Origin: Eledone cirrhosa
Taxonomy: Eukaryota
NCBI GenBank assembly: GCA_964016885.1
Contig: OZ024742.1
Coordinates: forward strand, 5,952,001-6,016,000
Reading direction: 5' to 3'
DNA length: 64,000 bases
Position numbers and translations under genes: made by a program. Below are positions 15,669 through 30,704 of the stretch, in pieces. Positions within the stretch are counted from its first letter, which is position 1. The number at the start of each line of letters is the position of its first letter. The notes under the pieces were generated by a model, which was not told where the DNA came from, did not search any database, and worked only from the letters and a program-made list of their open reading frames with translations.

Positions 15669-16221
15669 TGTAGTGACCTACATTCTGCGGGCTCACATAC
15701 ATTAACTGTGCGTGATTTGGCTCAGTTCAGCCAATCAGCGCCAGTAGAAGAGGATGTATCCCTACGCGCCCCGAGGAAGAAATTCACCTCGAAGATTTGA
15801 AGAATCTCGCTCTTGTACCAGAAACTTCGAGCCAGCAACACGCATAATGTAACAGTGAGATATTGCACCACTAGCCTCGCCGGCTTAACTGCGCAATGGC
15901 ACATTCCCTAATGTAACCTCTTTTTATCTGTAACTTCAACCATATAAATAAACAAACATTTCATCTCTAATTGCTGCGGTTGAAGTCGTTATTATGTTAC
16001 TCGTGTCTCAATGACATCTTTAATCCATGCTGCTGGAATTGGCGACCTGACGAAAGGAATATTGTAAATAGATGGTAAAAAGATTGAGGGACCTTCCCTC
16101 ACGTCTATGTCAACAAGATAATCCAACGAGGATACTATCACTTACCACACTGGCAACTAACGACCACTGATTCTACCACCCTGCTAATGTGGCGATAACA
16201 TCTATAACTAATACTGCTAAA
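15669..16221 (+). mobile_element. Solo-LTR-like insertion, copy 2
   Basis: Near-identical to 7737-8289 (about 4 substitutions seen), offset 7932 bp, with the same satellite variants on both flanks. Left TSD reads AATA. Confidence 0.7.
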
Positions 16222-19200
16222 TATATATTTAGATCTGGTGGGGGCAGAACAGTCTGGCACAACTACCATACTATATATTTAGATCTGGAGGGGCAGAAGG
16301 GCCTGGCAGAACTACCATACTATATATTTAGATCTGGAGGGGCACAAGAGCCTGGCATAACTACCATACTATATATTTAGATGTGGAGGGGCAGAACAAC
16401 CTGGCACAATTACCATACTATATATTTTGATCTGGAGGGGCAGAACAATATAACACAACTACCATACTATATATTTAGATCTGGAGAGGCAGAACAGCCT
16501 GCAACAAGTACCATACTATATATTTAGATCTGGAGGGGCAGAACAGTCTGGCACCACTACCATACTATATATTTAGATCTGGAGGGGCAGAAGAGCCTGG
16601 CACAATTACCATACTATTTATTATAATCTGGAGGGGCAGAATAACCTGCCACAACTACCATACTATATATTTAGATCTGGAGGGGCAGAAGGGCCTGGCA
16701 CAACTACCATACTATATATTTAGATCTGGAGGGGCAGAACAGCCTGGCACAACTACCATACGCTATATTTAGTTCTGGAGGGGCAGAACAGCCTGGCACA
16801 ACTACCATACTATATATTTAGATCTGGAGGGGCCGAACAGCCTGGCACAAGTAACATACTATATATTTAGATCTGCAGGGGCAGAACAGCTTGGCACAAC
16901 TACAATACTATGTACTTAGATCTGGCGATGGAAGAACAAACTGGCACAACTACCATTCTATATATTTAGATCTGGAGGGGCAGAACAGCCTGGCACAACT
17001 ACCCTACTATATAATTAGATCTGGGGGGCAGAACAGCCTGGCACAACTACCACACTATATATTTAGATCTGGAGGGGCAGAACAACCTGGCACAACTACC
17101 ATACTATACATTCAGATCTGGAGGGGTAGAACAGCTTGGCACAACTACCATACTATATATTTAGATCTGGAGGGGCAGAACAGTCTGGCACAACTACCAT
17201 ACTATATATTTAGCTCTGGAGGGGCAGAACAGCCTGGCACAACTGCCCTACTATATATTTAGATCTGGGGGGCAGAACAGCTTTGCACAACTACCATGCT
17301 ATATATTTAGATCTGGAGGGGCAGAACAGTCTGGCACAACTACCATACTATATATTTAGATCTGAAAGGGGCAGAACAGCATGGCACAACTACCATACTA
17401 TATATTTAGATCTGTAGGGGCAGAAGAGCCTGGCACAATTACCATACTATATATTTAGATCTGGAGGGGTAGTATAGCTTGGCACAAATACCATACTATA
17501 TATTTAGATCTGGAGGTGCAGAACAGTCTGGCACCACTACCATACTATATATTTAGATCTGGAGGGGCAGAAGAGCCTGGCACAATTGCCATACTATTTA
17601 TTTAAATCTGGAGGGGCAGAGTAACCTGGCACAACTACCATACTATATATTTAGATCTGGAGGGGCAGAACAACATGGGACAACTACCATACGATATATT
17701 TAGATCTGGAGGGGCAGAACAGCCTGGCACAACTACCATACTATATATTTAGATCTGGAGGGGCAGAACAGCCTGGCACAAGTACCATACTATATATTTA
17801 GATCTGGAGGGGCAGAACATCTTGGCACAACTACCATACTATATATTTAGATCTGGAGGGGCAGAACAGCCTGGCACATGTACCATACTATATAGTGTGA
17901 TCTGGAGGGGCAGAAAAGTCTGGCACCACTACCATACTATATATTTAAATCTGGAGGGGCAGAAGAGCCTGGCACAACTACCATACTATATATTTAAATC
18001 TGGAAGGGCAGAACAGCTTGGCACAACTACCATACTATATATTTAGATCTGGAGGTGGGAGTACAGCCTGGCACAACTACCATAATCTCTATTTAAATAT
18101 GGAGGTGGAAGAAGAGCCTGGCAAAACTACCATACTATATATTTAGATCTGGAGGGGAAGAACAGCCTAGCACAAATACCTTATTATATATTTAGATCTG
18201 GAGGGGTAGAACAACCTGGCACAACTACAATACTATATATTTAGATCTGGGGGTGGAAGAACAACCTGGCACAACTACCATACTATATATTTAGATATGG
18301 AGGGGCAGAACAGCCTGGCACAACTACCCTACTATATATTTAGATCTGGGGGGCAGAACAGCCTGGAACAACTACCACATTATATATTTAGATCTGGAGG
18401 GGTAGAACAACCTGGCACAACTACCATACTATACATTCAGATCTGGAGGGATAGAACAGCTTGGTACAACTACCATATTATATATTTAGATCTGGAGGGT
18501 CAGAACAGTCTGGCACAACTACCATACTATATATTTAGATCTGGAGGGGCAGAACAGCCTGGCACAAGTACCATACTATATATTTAGATCTGGAGGGGCA
18601 GAACATCTTGGCACAACTACCATACTATATATTTAGATCTGGAGGGGCAGAACAGCCTGGCACATGTACCATACTATATAGTGTGATCTGGAGGGGTAGA
18701 ACAGCTTGGCACAACTACCATACTATATATTTAGATCTGGAGGGGCAGAACAGTCTGGCACAACTACCATACTATATATTTAGATCTGGAGGGGTAGAAC
18801 AGACTGGCACAACTACCCTACTATATATTTAGATCTGGGGGGATGAACAGCCTGGCACAACTACCACACTATATATTTAGATCTGGAGGGGCAGAACAAC
18901 CTGGCACAACTACCATACTATACATTCAGATCTGGAGGGGTAGAACAGCTTGGTACAACTACCATATTATATATTTAGATCTGGAGGGTCAGAACAGTCT
19001 GGCACAACTACCATACTATATATTTAGATCTGTAAGGTGCAGAACGGTCTGGCACCACTACCATACTATATATTTAGATCTGGATGGGCAGAAGAGCCTG
19101 GCACAATTACCATACTATTTATTTAAATCTGGAGGGGCAGAATATCCTGGCACCCCTACCATACTATATATTTAGATCTGGAGGGGCAGAACAACCTGGC

Positions 19201-22200
19201 ACAACTGCCATACGATATATTTAGATCTGGAGGGGCAGAACAGCCTGGCACAACTACCATAGTATATATTTAGATCTGGAGGGGCAGAACAGCCTAACAC
19301 AACTACCATACTATATATTTAGATCTGGAGGGACAGAACAGCCTGGCACAAGTACCATACTATATATTTAGATCTTGAGGAGCAGAACATTCTGGCACAA
19401 CTAACATACTATATATTTAGATCTGAAGGGGCAGAAGAGCCTGGCGTAACTACCGTACAATATATTTAGATGTAGAGGGGCAGAACAACCTGACACAATT
19501 ACCACACTATATATTTAGATCTGGAGGGGCAGAACAACATAACACAACTTCCATACTATATATTTAGATCTGGAGGGGCTGAACAACCTGGCACAACTAC
19601 AATACTATACATTCAGATCTGGAGGGGTAGAACAGCTTGGCACAACTACCATACTATATATTTAGATCTGTCGGTGGAAGGACATTCTGGCACAACTACC
19701 ATACTATATATTTAGATCTGGAGGGGCAGAACAGCCTGGCACAACTACCACACTATATATTTAGATCTGGAGGGGTAGAAGAGCCTGGCACAATTACCAT
19801 ACTATATATTTAGATCTGGAGGGGTAGAACAGCTTGGCACAAATACCATACTATATATTTAGATCTGGAGGGGCAGAACAGCCTGGCACATGTACCATAC
19901 TATATAGTGTGATCTGGAGGGGTAGAACAGCTTGGCACAACTACCATACTATATATTTAAATCTGGAGGGGCAGAACAGTCTGGCACAACTACCATACTA
20001 TATATTTAGATCTGGAGGGGTAGAACAGCCTGGCACAACTACCCTACTATATATTTAGATCTGGGGGGATGAACAGCCTGGCACAACTACCACACTATAT
20101 ATTTAGATCTGGAGGGGCAGAACAACCTGGCACAACTACCATACTATACATTCAGATCTGGAGGGGTAGAACAGCTTGGTACAACTACCATATTATATAT
20201 TTAGATCTGGAGGGTCAGAACAGTCTGGCACAACTACCATACTATATATTTAGATCTGTAAGGTGCAGAACGGTCTGGCACCACTACCATATTATATATT
20301 TAGATCTGGATGGGCAGAAGAGCCTGGCACAATTACCATACTATTTATTTAAATCTGGAGGGGCAGAATATCCTGGCACCCCTACCATACTATATATTTA
20401 GATCTGGAGGGGCAGAACAACCTGGCACAACTGCCATACGATATATTTAGATCTGGAGGGGCAGAACAGCCTGGCACAACTACCATAGTATATATTTAGA
20501 TCTGGAGGGACAGAACAGCCTGGCACAAGTACCATACTATATATTTAGATCTTGAGGAGCAGAACATTCTGGCACAACTAACATACTATATATTTAGATC
20601 TGAAGGGGCAGAAGAGCCTGGCGTAACTACCGTACAATATATTTAGATGTAGAGGGGCAGAACAACCTGACACAATTACCACACTATATATTTAGATCTG
20701 GAGGGGCAGAACAACATAACACAACTACCATACTATATATTTAGATCTGGATGGGCTGAACAACCTGGCACAACTACAATACTATACATTCAGATCTGGA
20801 GGGGTAGAATAGCTTGGCACAACTACCATACTATATATTTAGATCTGTCGGTGGAAGGACATTCTGGCACAACTACCATACTATATATTTAGATCTGGAG
20901 GGGTAGAACAGCCTGGCACAACTACCACACTATATATTTAGATCTGTAAGGGTAGAAGAGCCTGGCACAATTACCATACTATATATTTAGATCTGGAGGG
21001 GTAGAACAGCTTGGCACAAATACCATACTATATATTTAGATCTGGAGGGGCATAACATCTTGGCACAACTACCATACTATATATTTAGATCTGGAGGGGC
21101 AGAACAGCCTGGCACATGTACCATACTATATAGTGTGATCTGGAGGGGCAGAAAAGTCTGGCACCACTACCATACTATATATTTAAATCTGGAGGGGCAG
21201 AAGAGCCTGGCACAACTACCATACTATATATTTAAATCTGGAAGGGCAGAACAGCTTGGCACAACTACCATACTATATATTTAGATCTGGAGGTGGGAGT
21301 ACAGCCTGGCACAACTACCATAATCTCTATTTAAATATGGAGGTGGAAGAAGAGCCTGGCAAAACTACCATACTATATATTTAGATCTGGAGGGGAAGAA
21401 AAGCCTAGCACAAATACCTTATTATATATTTAGATCTGGAGGGGTAGAACAACCTGGCACAACTACAATACTATATATTTAGATCTGGGGGTGGAAGAAC
21501 AACCTGGCACAACTACCATACTATATATTTAGATATGGAGGGGCAGAACAGCCTGGCACAACTACCCTACTATATATTTAGATCTGGGGGGCAGAACAGC
21601 CTGGAACAACTACAACATTATATATTTAGATCTGGAGGGGTAGAACAACCTGGCACAACTACCATACTATACATTCAGATCTGGAGGGGTAGAACAGCTT
21701 GGTACAACTACCATATTATATATTTAGATCTGGAGGGTCAGAACAGTCTGGCACAACTACCATACTATATATTTAGATCTGGAGGGGCAGAACAGCCTGG
21801 CACAAGTACCATACTATATATTTAGATCTGGAGGGGCAGAACATCTTGGCACAACTACCATACTATATATTTAGATCTGGAGGGGCAGAACAGCCTGGCA
21901 CATGTACCATACTATATAGTGTGATCTGGAGGGGTAGAACAGCTTGGCACAACTACCATACTATATATTTAGATCTGGAGGGGCAGAACAGTCTGGCACA
22001 ACTACCATACTATATATTTAGATCTGGAGGGGCAGAACAACATGGGACAACTACCATACGATATATTTAGATCTGGAGGGGCAGAACAGCCTGGCACAAC
22101 TACCATACTATATATTTAGATCTGGAGGGGCAGAACAGCCTGGCACAAGTACCATACTATATATTTAGATCTGGAGGGGCAGAACATCTTGGCACAACTA

Positions 22201-25200
22201 CCATACTATATATTTAGATCTGGAGGGGCAGAACAGCCTGGCACATGTACCATACTATATAGTGTGATCTGGAGGGGCAGAAAAGTCTGGCACCACTACC
22301 ATACTATATATTTAAATCTGGAGGGGCAGAAGAGCCTGGCACAACTACCATACTATATATTTAAATCTGGAAGGGCAGAACAGCTTGGCACAACTACCAT
22401 ACTATATATTTAGATCTGGAGGTGGGAGTACAGCCTGGCACAACTACCATAATCTCTATTTAAATATGGAGGTGGAAGAAGAGCCTGGCAAAACTACCAT
22501 ACTATATATTTAGATCTGGAGGGGAAGAACAGCCTAGCACAAATACCTTATTATATATTTAGATCTGGAGGGGTAGAACAACCTGGCACAACTACAATAC
22601 TATATATTTAGATCTGGGGGTGGAAGAACAACCTGGCACAACTACCATACTATATATTTAGATATGGAGGGGCAGAACAGCCTGGCACAACTACCCTACT
22701 ATATATTTAGATCTGGGGGGCAGAACAGCCTGGAACAACTACCACATTATATATTTAGATCTGGAGGGGTAGAACAACCTGGCACAACTACCATACTATA
22801 CATTCAGATCTGGAGGGGTAGAACAGCTTGGTACAACTACCATATTATATATTTAGATCTGGAGGGTCAGAACAGTCTGGCACAACTACCATACTATATA
22901 TTTAGATCTGGAGGGGCAGAACAGCCTGGCACAAGTACCATACTATATATTTAGATCTGGAGGGGCAGAACATCTTGGCACAACTACCATACTATATATT
23001 TAGATCTGGAGGGGCAGAACAGCCTGGCACATGTACCATACTATATAGTGTGATCTGGAGGGGTAGAACAGCTTGGCACAACTACCATACTATATATTTA
23101 GATCTGGAGGGGCAGAACAGTCTGGCACAACTACCATACTATATATTTAGATCTGGAGGGGTAGAACAGCCTGGCACAACTACCCTACTATATATTTAGA
23201 TCTGGGGGGATGAACAGCCTGGCACAACTACCACACTATATATTTAGATCTGGAGGGGCAGAAGAGCCTGGCGTAACTACCGTACAATATATTTAGATGT
23301 AGAGGGGCAGAACAACCTGACACAATTACCACACTATATATTTAGATCTGGAGGGGCAGAACAACATAACACAACTACCATACTATATATTTAGATCTGG
23401 AGGGGCTGAACAACCTGGCACAACTACAATACTATACATTCAGATCTGGAGGGCTAGAACAGCTTGGCACAACTACCATACTATATATTTAGATCTGTCG
23501 GTGGAAGGACATTCTGGCACAACTACCATACTATATATTTAGATCTGGAGGGGCAGAACAGCCTGGCACAACTACCACACTATATATTTAGATCTGTAGG
23601 GGTAGAAGAGCCTGGCACAATTACCATACTATATATTTAGATCTGGAGGGGTAGAACAGCTTGGCACAAATACCATACTATATATTTAGATCTGGATGGG
23701 CAGAAGAGCTTGGCACAATTACCATACTATTTATTTAAATCTGGAGGGGCAGAATATCCTGGCACACCTACCATACTATATATTTAGATCTGGAGGGGCA
23801 GAACAACCTGGCACAACTGCCATACGATATATTTAGATCTGGAGGGGCAGAACAGCCTGGCACAACTACCATAGTATATATTTAGATCTGGAGGGACAGA
23901 ACAGCCTGGCACAAGTACCATACTATATATTTAGATCTTGAGGAGCAGAACATTCTGGCACAACTAACATACTATATATTTAGATCTGAAGGGGCAGAAG
24001 AGCCTGGCGTAACTACCGTACAATATATTTAGATGTAGAGGGGCAGAACAACCTGACACAATTACCACACTATATATTTAGATCTGGAGGGGCAGAACAA
24101 CATAACACAACTACCATACTATATATTTAGATCTGGATGGGCTGAACAACCTGGCACAACTACAATACTATACATTCAGATCTGGAGGGGTAGAATAGCT
24201 TGGCACAACTACCATACTATATATTTAGATCTGTCGGTGGAAGGACATTCTGGCACAACTACCATACTATATATTTAGATCTGGAGGGGTAGAACAGCCT
24301 GGCACAACTACCACACTATATATTTAGATCTGTAGGGGTAGAAGAGCCTGGCACAATTACCATACTATATATTTAGATCTGGAGGGGTAGAACAGCTTGG
24401 CACAAATACCATACTATATATTTAGATCTGGAGGGGCATAACATCTTGGCACAACTACCATACTATATATTTAGATCTGGAGGGGCAGAACAGCCTGGCA
24501 CATGTACCATACTATATAGTGTGATCTGGAGGGGCAGAAAAGTCTGGCACCACTACCATACTATATATTTAAATCTGGAGGGGCAGAAGAGCCTGGCACA
24601 ACTACCATACTATATATTTAAATCTGGAAGGGCAGAACAGCTTGGCACAACTACCATACTATATATTTAGATCTGGAGGTGGGAGTACAGCCTGGCACAA
24701 CTACCATAATCTCTATTTAAATATGGAGGTGGAAGAAGAGCCTGGCAAAACTACCATACTATATATTTAGATCTGGAGGGGAAGAACAGCCTAGCACAAA
24801 TACCTTATTATATATTTAGATCTGGAGGGGTAGAACAACCTGGCACAACTACAATACTATATATTTAGATCTGGGGGTGGAAGAACAACCTGGCACAACT
24901 ACCATACTATATATTTATATATGGAGGGGCAGAACAGCCTGGCACAACTACCCTACTATATATTTAGATCTGGGGGGGCAGAACAGCCTGGAACAACTAC
25001 CACATTATATATTTAGATCTGGAGGGGTAGAACAACCTGGCACAACTACCATACTATACATTCAGATCTGGAGGGGTAGAACAGCTTGGTACAACTACCA
25101 TATTATATATTTAGATCTGGAGGGTCAGAACAGTCTGGCACAACTACCATACTATATATTTAGATCTGGAGGGGCAGAACAGCCTGGCACAAGTACCATA

Positions 25201-28200
25201 CTATATATTTAGATCTGGAGGGGCAGAACATCTTGGCACAACTACCATACTATATATTTAGATCTGGAGGGGCAGAACAGCCTGGCACATGTACCATACT
25301 ATATAGTGTGATCTGGAGGGGTAGAACAGCTTGGCACAACTACCATACTATATATTTAGATCTGGAGGGGCAGAACAGTCTGGCACAACTACCATACTAT
25401 ATATTTAGATCTGGAGGGGTAGAACAGCCTGGCACAACTACCCTACTATATATTTAGATCTGGGGGGATGAACAGCCTGGCACAACTACCACACTATATA
25501 TTTAGATCTGGAGGGGCAGAACAACCTGGCACAACTACCATACTATACATTCAGATCTGGAGGGGTAGAACAGCTTGGTACAACTACCATATTATATATT
25601 TAGATCTGGAGGGTCAGAACAGTCTGGCACAACTACCATACTATATATTTAGATCTGTAAGGTGCAGAACGGTCTGGCACCACTACCATACTATATATTT
25701 AGATCTGGATGGGCAGAAGAGCCTGGCACAATTACCATACTATTTACTTAAATCTGGAGGGGCAGAATATCCTGGCACCCCTACCATACTATATATTTAG
25801 ATCTGGAGGGGCAGAACAACCTGGCACAACTGCCATACGATATATTTAGATCTGGAGGGGCAGAACAGCCTGGCACAACTACCATAGTATATATTTAGAT
25901 CTGGAGGGGCAGAACAGCCTAACACAACTACCATACTATATATTTAGATCTGGAGGGACAGAACAGCCTGGCACAAGTACCATACTATATATTTAGATCT
26001 TGAGGAGCAGAACATTCTGGCACAACTAACATACTATATATTTAGATCTGAAGGGGCAGAAGAGCCTGGCGTAACTACCGTACAATATATTTAGATGTAG
26101 AGGGGCAGAACAACCTGACACAATTACCACACTATATATTTAGATCTGGAGGGGCAGAACAACATAACACAACTACCATACTATATATTTAGATCTGGAG
26201 GGGCTGAACAACCTGGCACAACTACAATACTATACATTCAGATCTGGAGGGGTAGAACAGCTTGGCACAACTACCATACTATATATTTAGATCTGTCGGT
26301 GGAAGGACATTCTGGCACAACTACCATACTATATATTTAGATCTGGAGGGGCAAAACAGCCTGGCACAACTACCACACTATATATTTAGATCTGTAGGGG
26401 TAGAAGAGCCTGGCACAATTACCATACTATATATTTAGATCTGGAGGGGTAGAACAGCTTGGCACAAATACCATACTATATATTTAGATCTGGAGGGGCA
26501 GAACAGCCTGGCACATGTACCATACTATATAGTGTGATCTGGAGGGGTAGAACAGCTTGGCACAACTACCATACTATATATTTAGATCTGGAGGGGCAGA
26601 ACAGTCTGGCACAACTACCATACTATATATTTAGATCTGGAGGGGTAGAACAGCCTGGCACAACTACCCTACTATATATTTAGATCTGGGGGGATGAATA
26701 GCCTGGCACAACTACCACACTATATATTTAGATCTGGAGGGGCAGAACAACCTGGCACAACTACCATACTATACATTCAGATCTGGAGGGGTAGAACAGC
26801 TTGGTACAACTACCATATTATATATTTAGATCTGGAGGGTCAGAACAGTCTGGCACAACTACCATACTATATATTTAGATCTGTAAGGTGCAGAACGGTC
26901 TGGCACCACTACCATACTATATATTTAGATCTGGATGGGCAGAAGAGCCTGGCACAATTACCATACTATTTATTTAAATCTGGAGGGGCAGAATATCCTG
27001 GCACCCCTACCATACTATATATTTAGATCTGGAGGGGCAGAACAACCTGGCACAACTGCCATACGATATATTTAGATCTGGAGGGGCAGAACAGCCTGGC
27101 ACAACTACCATAGTATATATTTAGATCTGGAGGGGCAGAACAGCCTAACACAACTACCATACTATATATTTAGATCTGGAGGGACAGAACAGCCTGGCAC
27201 AAGTACCATACTATATATTTAGATCTTGAGGAGCAGAACATTCTGGCACAACTAACATACTATATATTTAGATCTGAAGGGGCAGAAGAGCCTGGCGTAA
27301 CTACCGTACAATATATTTAGATGTAGAGGGGCAGAACAACCTGACACAATTACCACACTATATATTTAGATCTGGAGGGGCAGAACAACATAACACAACT
27401 ACCATACTATATATTTAGATCTGGAGGGGCTGAACAACCTGGCACAACTACAATACTATACATTCAGATCTGGAGGGGTAGAACAGCTTGGCACAACTAC
27501 CATACTATATATTTAGATCTGTCGGTGGAAGGAGATTCTGGCACAACTACCATACTATATATTTAGATCTGGAGGGGTAGAACAGCCTGGCACAACTACC
27601 ACACTATATATTTAGATCTGTAGGGGTAGAAGAGCCTGGCACAATTACCATACTATATATTTAGATCTGGAGGGGTAGAACAGCTTGGCACAAATACCAT
27701 ACTATATATTTAGATCTGGAGGGGCATAACAGTCTGGTACCACTTCCATACTATATATTTACATCTGGAGGGGAAGAATAGCCTGGCACAACTACCATAC
27801 TATTTACTTAAATCTGCAGGGGCAGAATAACCTGGCACAACTATCATACTATATATTTAGATCTGGAGGGGCAGAAGAGCCTGGCACAACTACCATACTA
27901 TTTATTTAGAATTGGAGGGGCAGAACAACCTGTCACAACTACCATACGATATATTTAGACCTCGAGGGGCAGAACAGCCTGGCACAACTACCATAACATA
28001 TATTTAGATCTGGAGGGGTAGAACAGCTTGGCACAACTACAATACTATATATTTAGATCTGGCGGTGGGAGAACAACATGGCACAACTACCATACTATAT
28101 ATTTAGATCTGGAGGGGCAGAACAGTTTGGCACAACTACAATACTATATATTTAGATCTGGCGGTTGAAGAACAGCCTGGCATAACTACCATACTATACA

Positions 28201-29824
28201 TTTAGATCTGGAGGGCAGAACAACCTGGCACAACTACCACACTATACATTTAGATCTGGAGGGGTAGAACAGCTTGGCACAACTAACATACTATATATTT
28301 AGATCTGGAGAGGCAGAACAGTCTGGCACCACTACTATACTATATATTTAGATCTGGTGGGGCAGAAGAGCCTTGCACAACTACCATACTATATATTTAA
28401 ATCTGGAGGGGCAGAACAGCTTGGCACAACTACCATACTATATATTTAGACTTGGAGGTGGGAGTACAGCCTGGCACAACTACCATACTTTATATTTAGA
28501 TCTGGAGGTGGAAGAAGAGCCTGGCACAACTACCATACTATATATTTAGATCTGGAGGGTAGAACAGCTTGGCACAATTACCATACTATATATTTAAATC
28601 TGGAGGGGCAGAACAGTCTGGCACCACTACCATACTATATATTCAGATCTGGAGGGGCAGAAGAGCCTGGTACAACTACCATACTATATATTTAAATCTG
28701 GAGGGGCAGAACAGCTTGGCACAACTACCATACTATATATTTAGATCTGGAGGTGGGAGTACAGCCTGGCACAACTACCATACTATATATTTAGATTTGG
28801 AGGGGTAGAACAACCTGGCACAATTACCATACTATATATTTAGATCTGGGGGGGGGGGGGCAGAACAGCCTGGCACAACCACCATACTATATATTTAGAT
28901 CTGGAGGGATAGAACAGCTTGGCACAACTACCATACTATATATTTAGATCTGGAGGTGGGAGTACAGCCTGGCACAACTACCATACTATATATTTAGATT
29001 TGGAGGGGTACAACAACCTGGCACAATTACCATACTATATATTTAGATCGGGGGGGGGGGGGGGCACAACAGCCGGGCACAACTACCATACTATATATTT
29101 AGATCTGGAGGTGGAAGAAGAGCCTGCCACAACTACCATACTATATATTTAGATCTGTAGGGGAAGAACAGCCTGGCACAACTACCATATTATATATTTA
29201 GATCTGGAGGGGTAGAACAACCTGGCGCAAGTACCATACTATATATTTAGATCTGGAGGGGCAGAACAGCTTGGCACAACTACCATACTATATATTTAGA
29301 TCTGGCGGTGGAGGAAGAGCCTGGCACAACTACCATACTATATATTTAGATCTGGAGGTGGGAGTACAGCCTGGCACAACTACCATACTATATATTTAGA
29401 TCTGGAGGGGGAAGAACAGCCTGGCACAACTACCATACTATATATTTAGATCTGGAGGGGCAGAAGAGCCTGGCACAACTACCATACTATATATTTAGAT
29501 GTGGAGGGGCAGAACAGCCTGGCATAACTACCATACTATATATTTAGATCTGGAGGGGCAGAAGAGCCTGGCACCACTACCATACTATATATTTAGATCT
29601 GGAGGGGCAGAACAGCTTAGCACAACTACCATACTATATATTTAGATCTGGAGGGGGAGAAGAGCCTGGCACAACTACCATACTATACATTTAGATGTGG
29701 AGGGGAAGAACAGCCTGGCACAACTACCATACTATTTATTTAGATCTGGAGGGGCAGAACAGCTTGGCACAACTACCATACTATATATTTAGATCTGGTG
29801 GTGGTGGTGGAAGAATAACAACCC

Positions 29825-30050
29825 ATACACACACACACTGATATATGAGAATGTGTGTGTATGTGAGTGAGTGTGTGTGTATATGTGAGCAAATGTGTGC
29901 CTACTTTTGTGCGTGAAAATATATATGTTGTGTATGTATGTGTATATGAGTGTAAATGTGTGTGTATAAGGGCGTATGTATGTGTAAGTGTGTATGTATG
30001 TGTAATAAATGCAAATGTGTGTGAGAATATGTGTAGCGTGTCTAAGCAAT
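29825..30050. repeat. Degenerate (TG)n/(TATG)n microsatellite
   Basis: GTGTGTATGTGAGTGAGTGTGTG-type low-complexity tract, preceded by a short (CA)n. Confidence 0.9.
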
Positions 30051-30060
30051 AATTCAGTCT

Positions 30061-30670
30061 GTTGTGTTGTGTTGTTGTGTGTTGTGTTACGTTGTGTTGT
30101 GTTGTCTTGTGTTGTTCTGTTGTAGTGTTGTTGTGTGTTGTGTGTTGTTTTGTTCTGTGTGTTGGTGTTGTTGTGTGTTGTTATGTGTTGTGTGTTGGTG
30201 TGTGTTGTGTCTTGGTGTGTGTTGTGTGTTGTTGTGTGTTGTTGTGTGTTGTTGTGTGCTGTTGTGTGTTGTTGTGTGTTTTGTGTGTTGGTGTGTGTTG
30301 TTGTGTTGTTGTGTGTTATTGTGTGTTGTTGTGTGTTGTGTGTTGTTGTGTGTTGTGTGTTGGTGTGTTGTTGTGTGTTATTGTGTGTTGTTGTGTGTTG
30401 TGTGTTGTTGTGTGTTGTGTGTTACTGTGTGTTATGTGTTGTTGTGTGTTGTGTGTTGTGTGTTGGTGTGTGATGTGTGTTGTGTATTGTTGGGTGTTGT
30501 GTGTTGTGTGTTGTTGTGTGTTACTGTGTAGGTGTGTGTTGTGTGTTGTGTATTGTGTGTTGGTGTGAGTTGTGTGTTGGTGTGTGTTAGTGTGTTGTGC
30601 GTTGTTTGTTGTGTTTGTTGTGTGTTGTGTGTTGGTGTTTGTATGTCGTGTGTTGTGTGTTGGTGTCTGT
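30061..30670. repeat. (TGTGT/TGT)n low-complexity repeat
   Basis: Almost pure T/G tract of GTTGTGT and GTTGTTGTGT motifs. Confidence 0.92.
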
Positions 30671-30704
30671 ATGTCGTCCAACTGACGACCATTTCAATTA
30701 TCAG

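Larger units (their letters stand above)
7302..29600. repeat. Higher-order duplication: 7.9-kb block (7302-15233) and an internally expanded second copy (15234-~29600)
   Basis: Repeat-derived ORFs recur at +7932 (7446/15378, 8959/16891, 10911/18843) and at +14411 for the block end (14158/28569). The paired poly-G units and the block end also recur. Confidence 0.85.
1..29815. repeat. 49/50-bp tandem satellite array (about 580 units; continues beyond window start)
   Basis: Consensus CTGGCACAACTACCATACTATATATTTAGATCTGGAGGGGCAGAACAGC (49 bp) repeated head-to-tail. 50-bp variants carry GGTGGAAGAAGAGCC or GGTGGGAGTACAGCC. Most units contain AGATCT. The array ends by decaying into (GGT)n at ~29797-29810. 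Confidence 0.98.

Noticed and set aside
7737-16221. Full-length LTR retrotransposon with two LTRs 7.9 kb apart
   Set aside because: The interior is pure satellite with no gag/pol, PBS or PPT. Each copy has its own TSD and matching flanks on both sides, so this is a block duplication.
499-29152. Many 60-123-aa ORFs (AQLPYYIFRSGG, GTTTILYI, WHNYHTIYLDLEG)
   Set aside because: They are translations of a 49-bp unit that is not a multiple of 3, cycling through the frames until the TAG in TTTAGAT.
1-29815. CRISPR-like array (constant ~35-bp repeat plus variable spacer)
   Set aside because: The spacers are ~14-bp homologous variants of each other, the core itself mutates, there are no cas genes, and the context is eukaryotic.
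30062-30692. Cys/Val-rich (metallothionein-like) and Thr/His/Asn/Gln-rich ORFs
   Set aside because: Translations of a T/G-only repeat that rarely forms stop codons.
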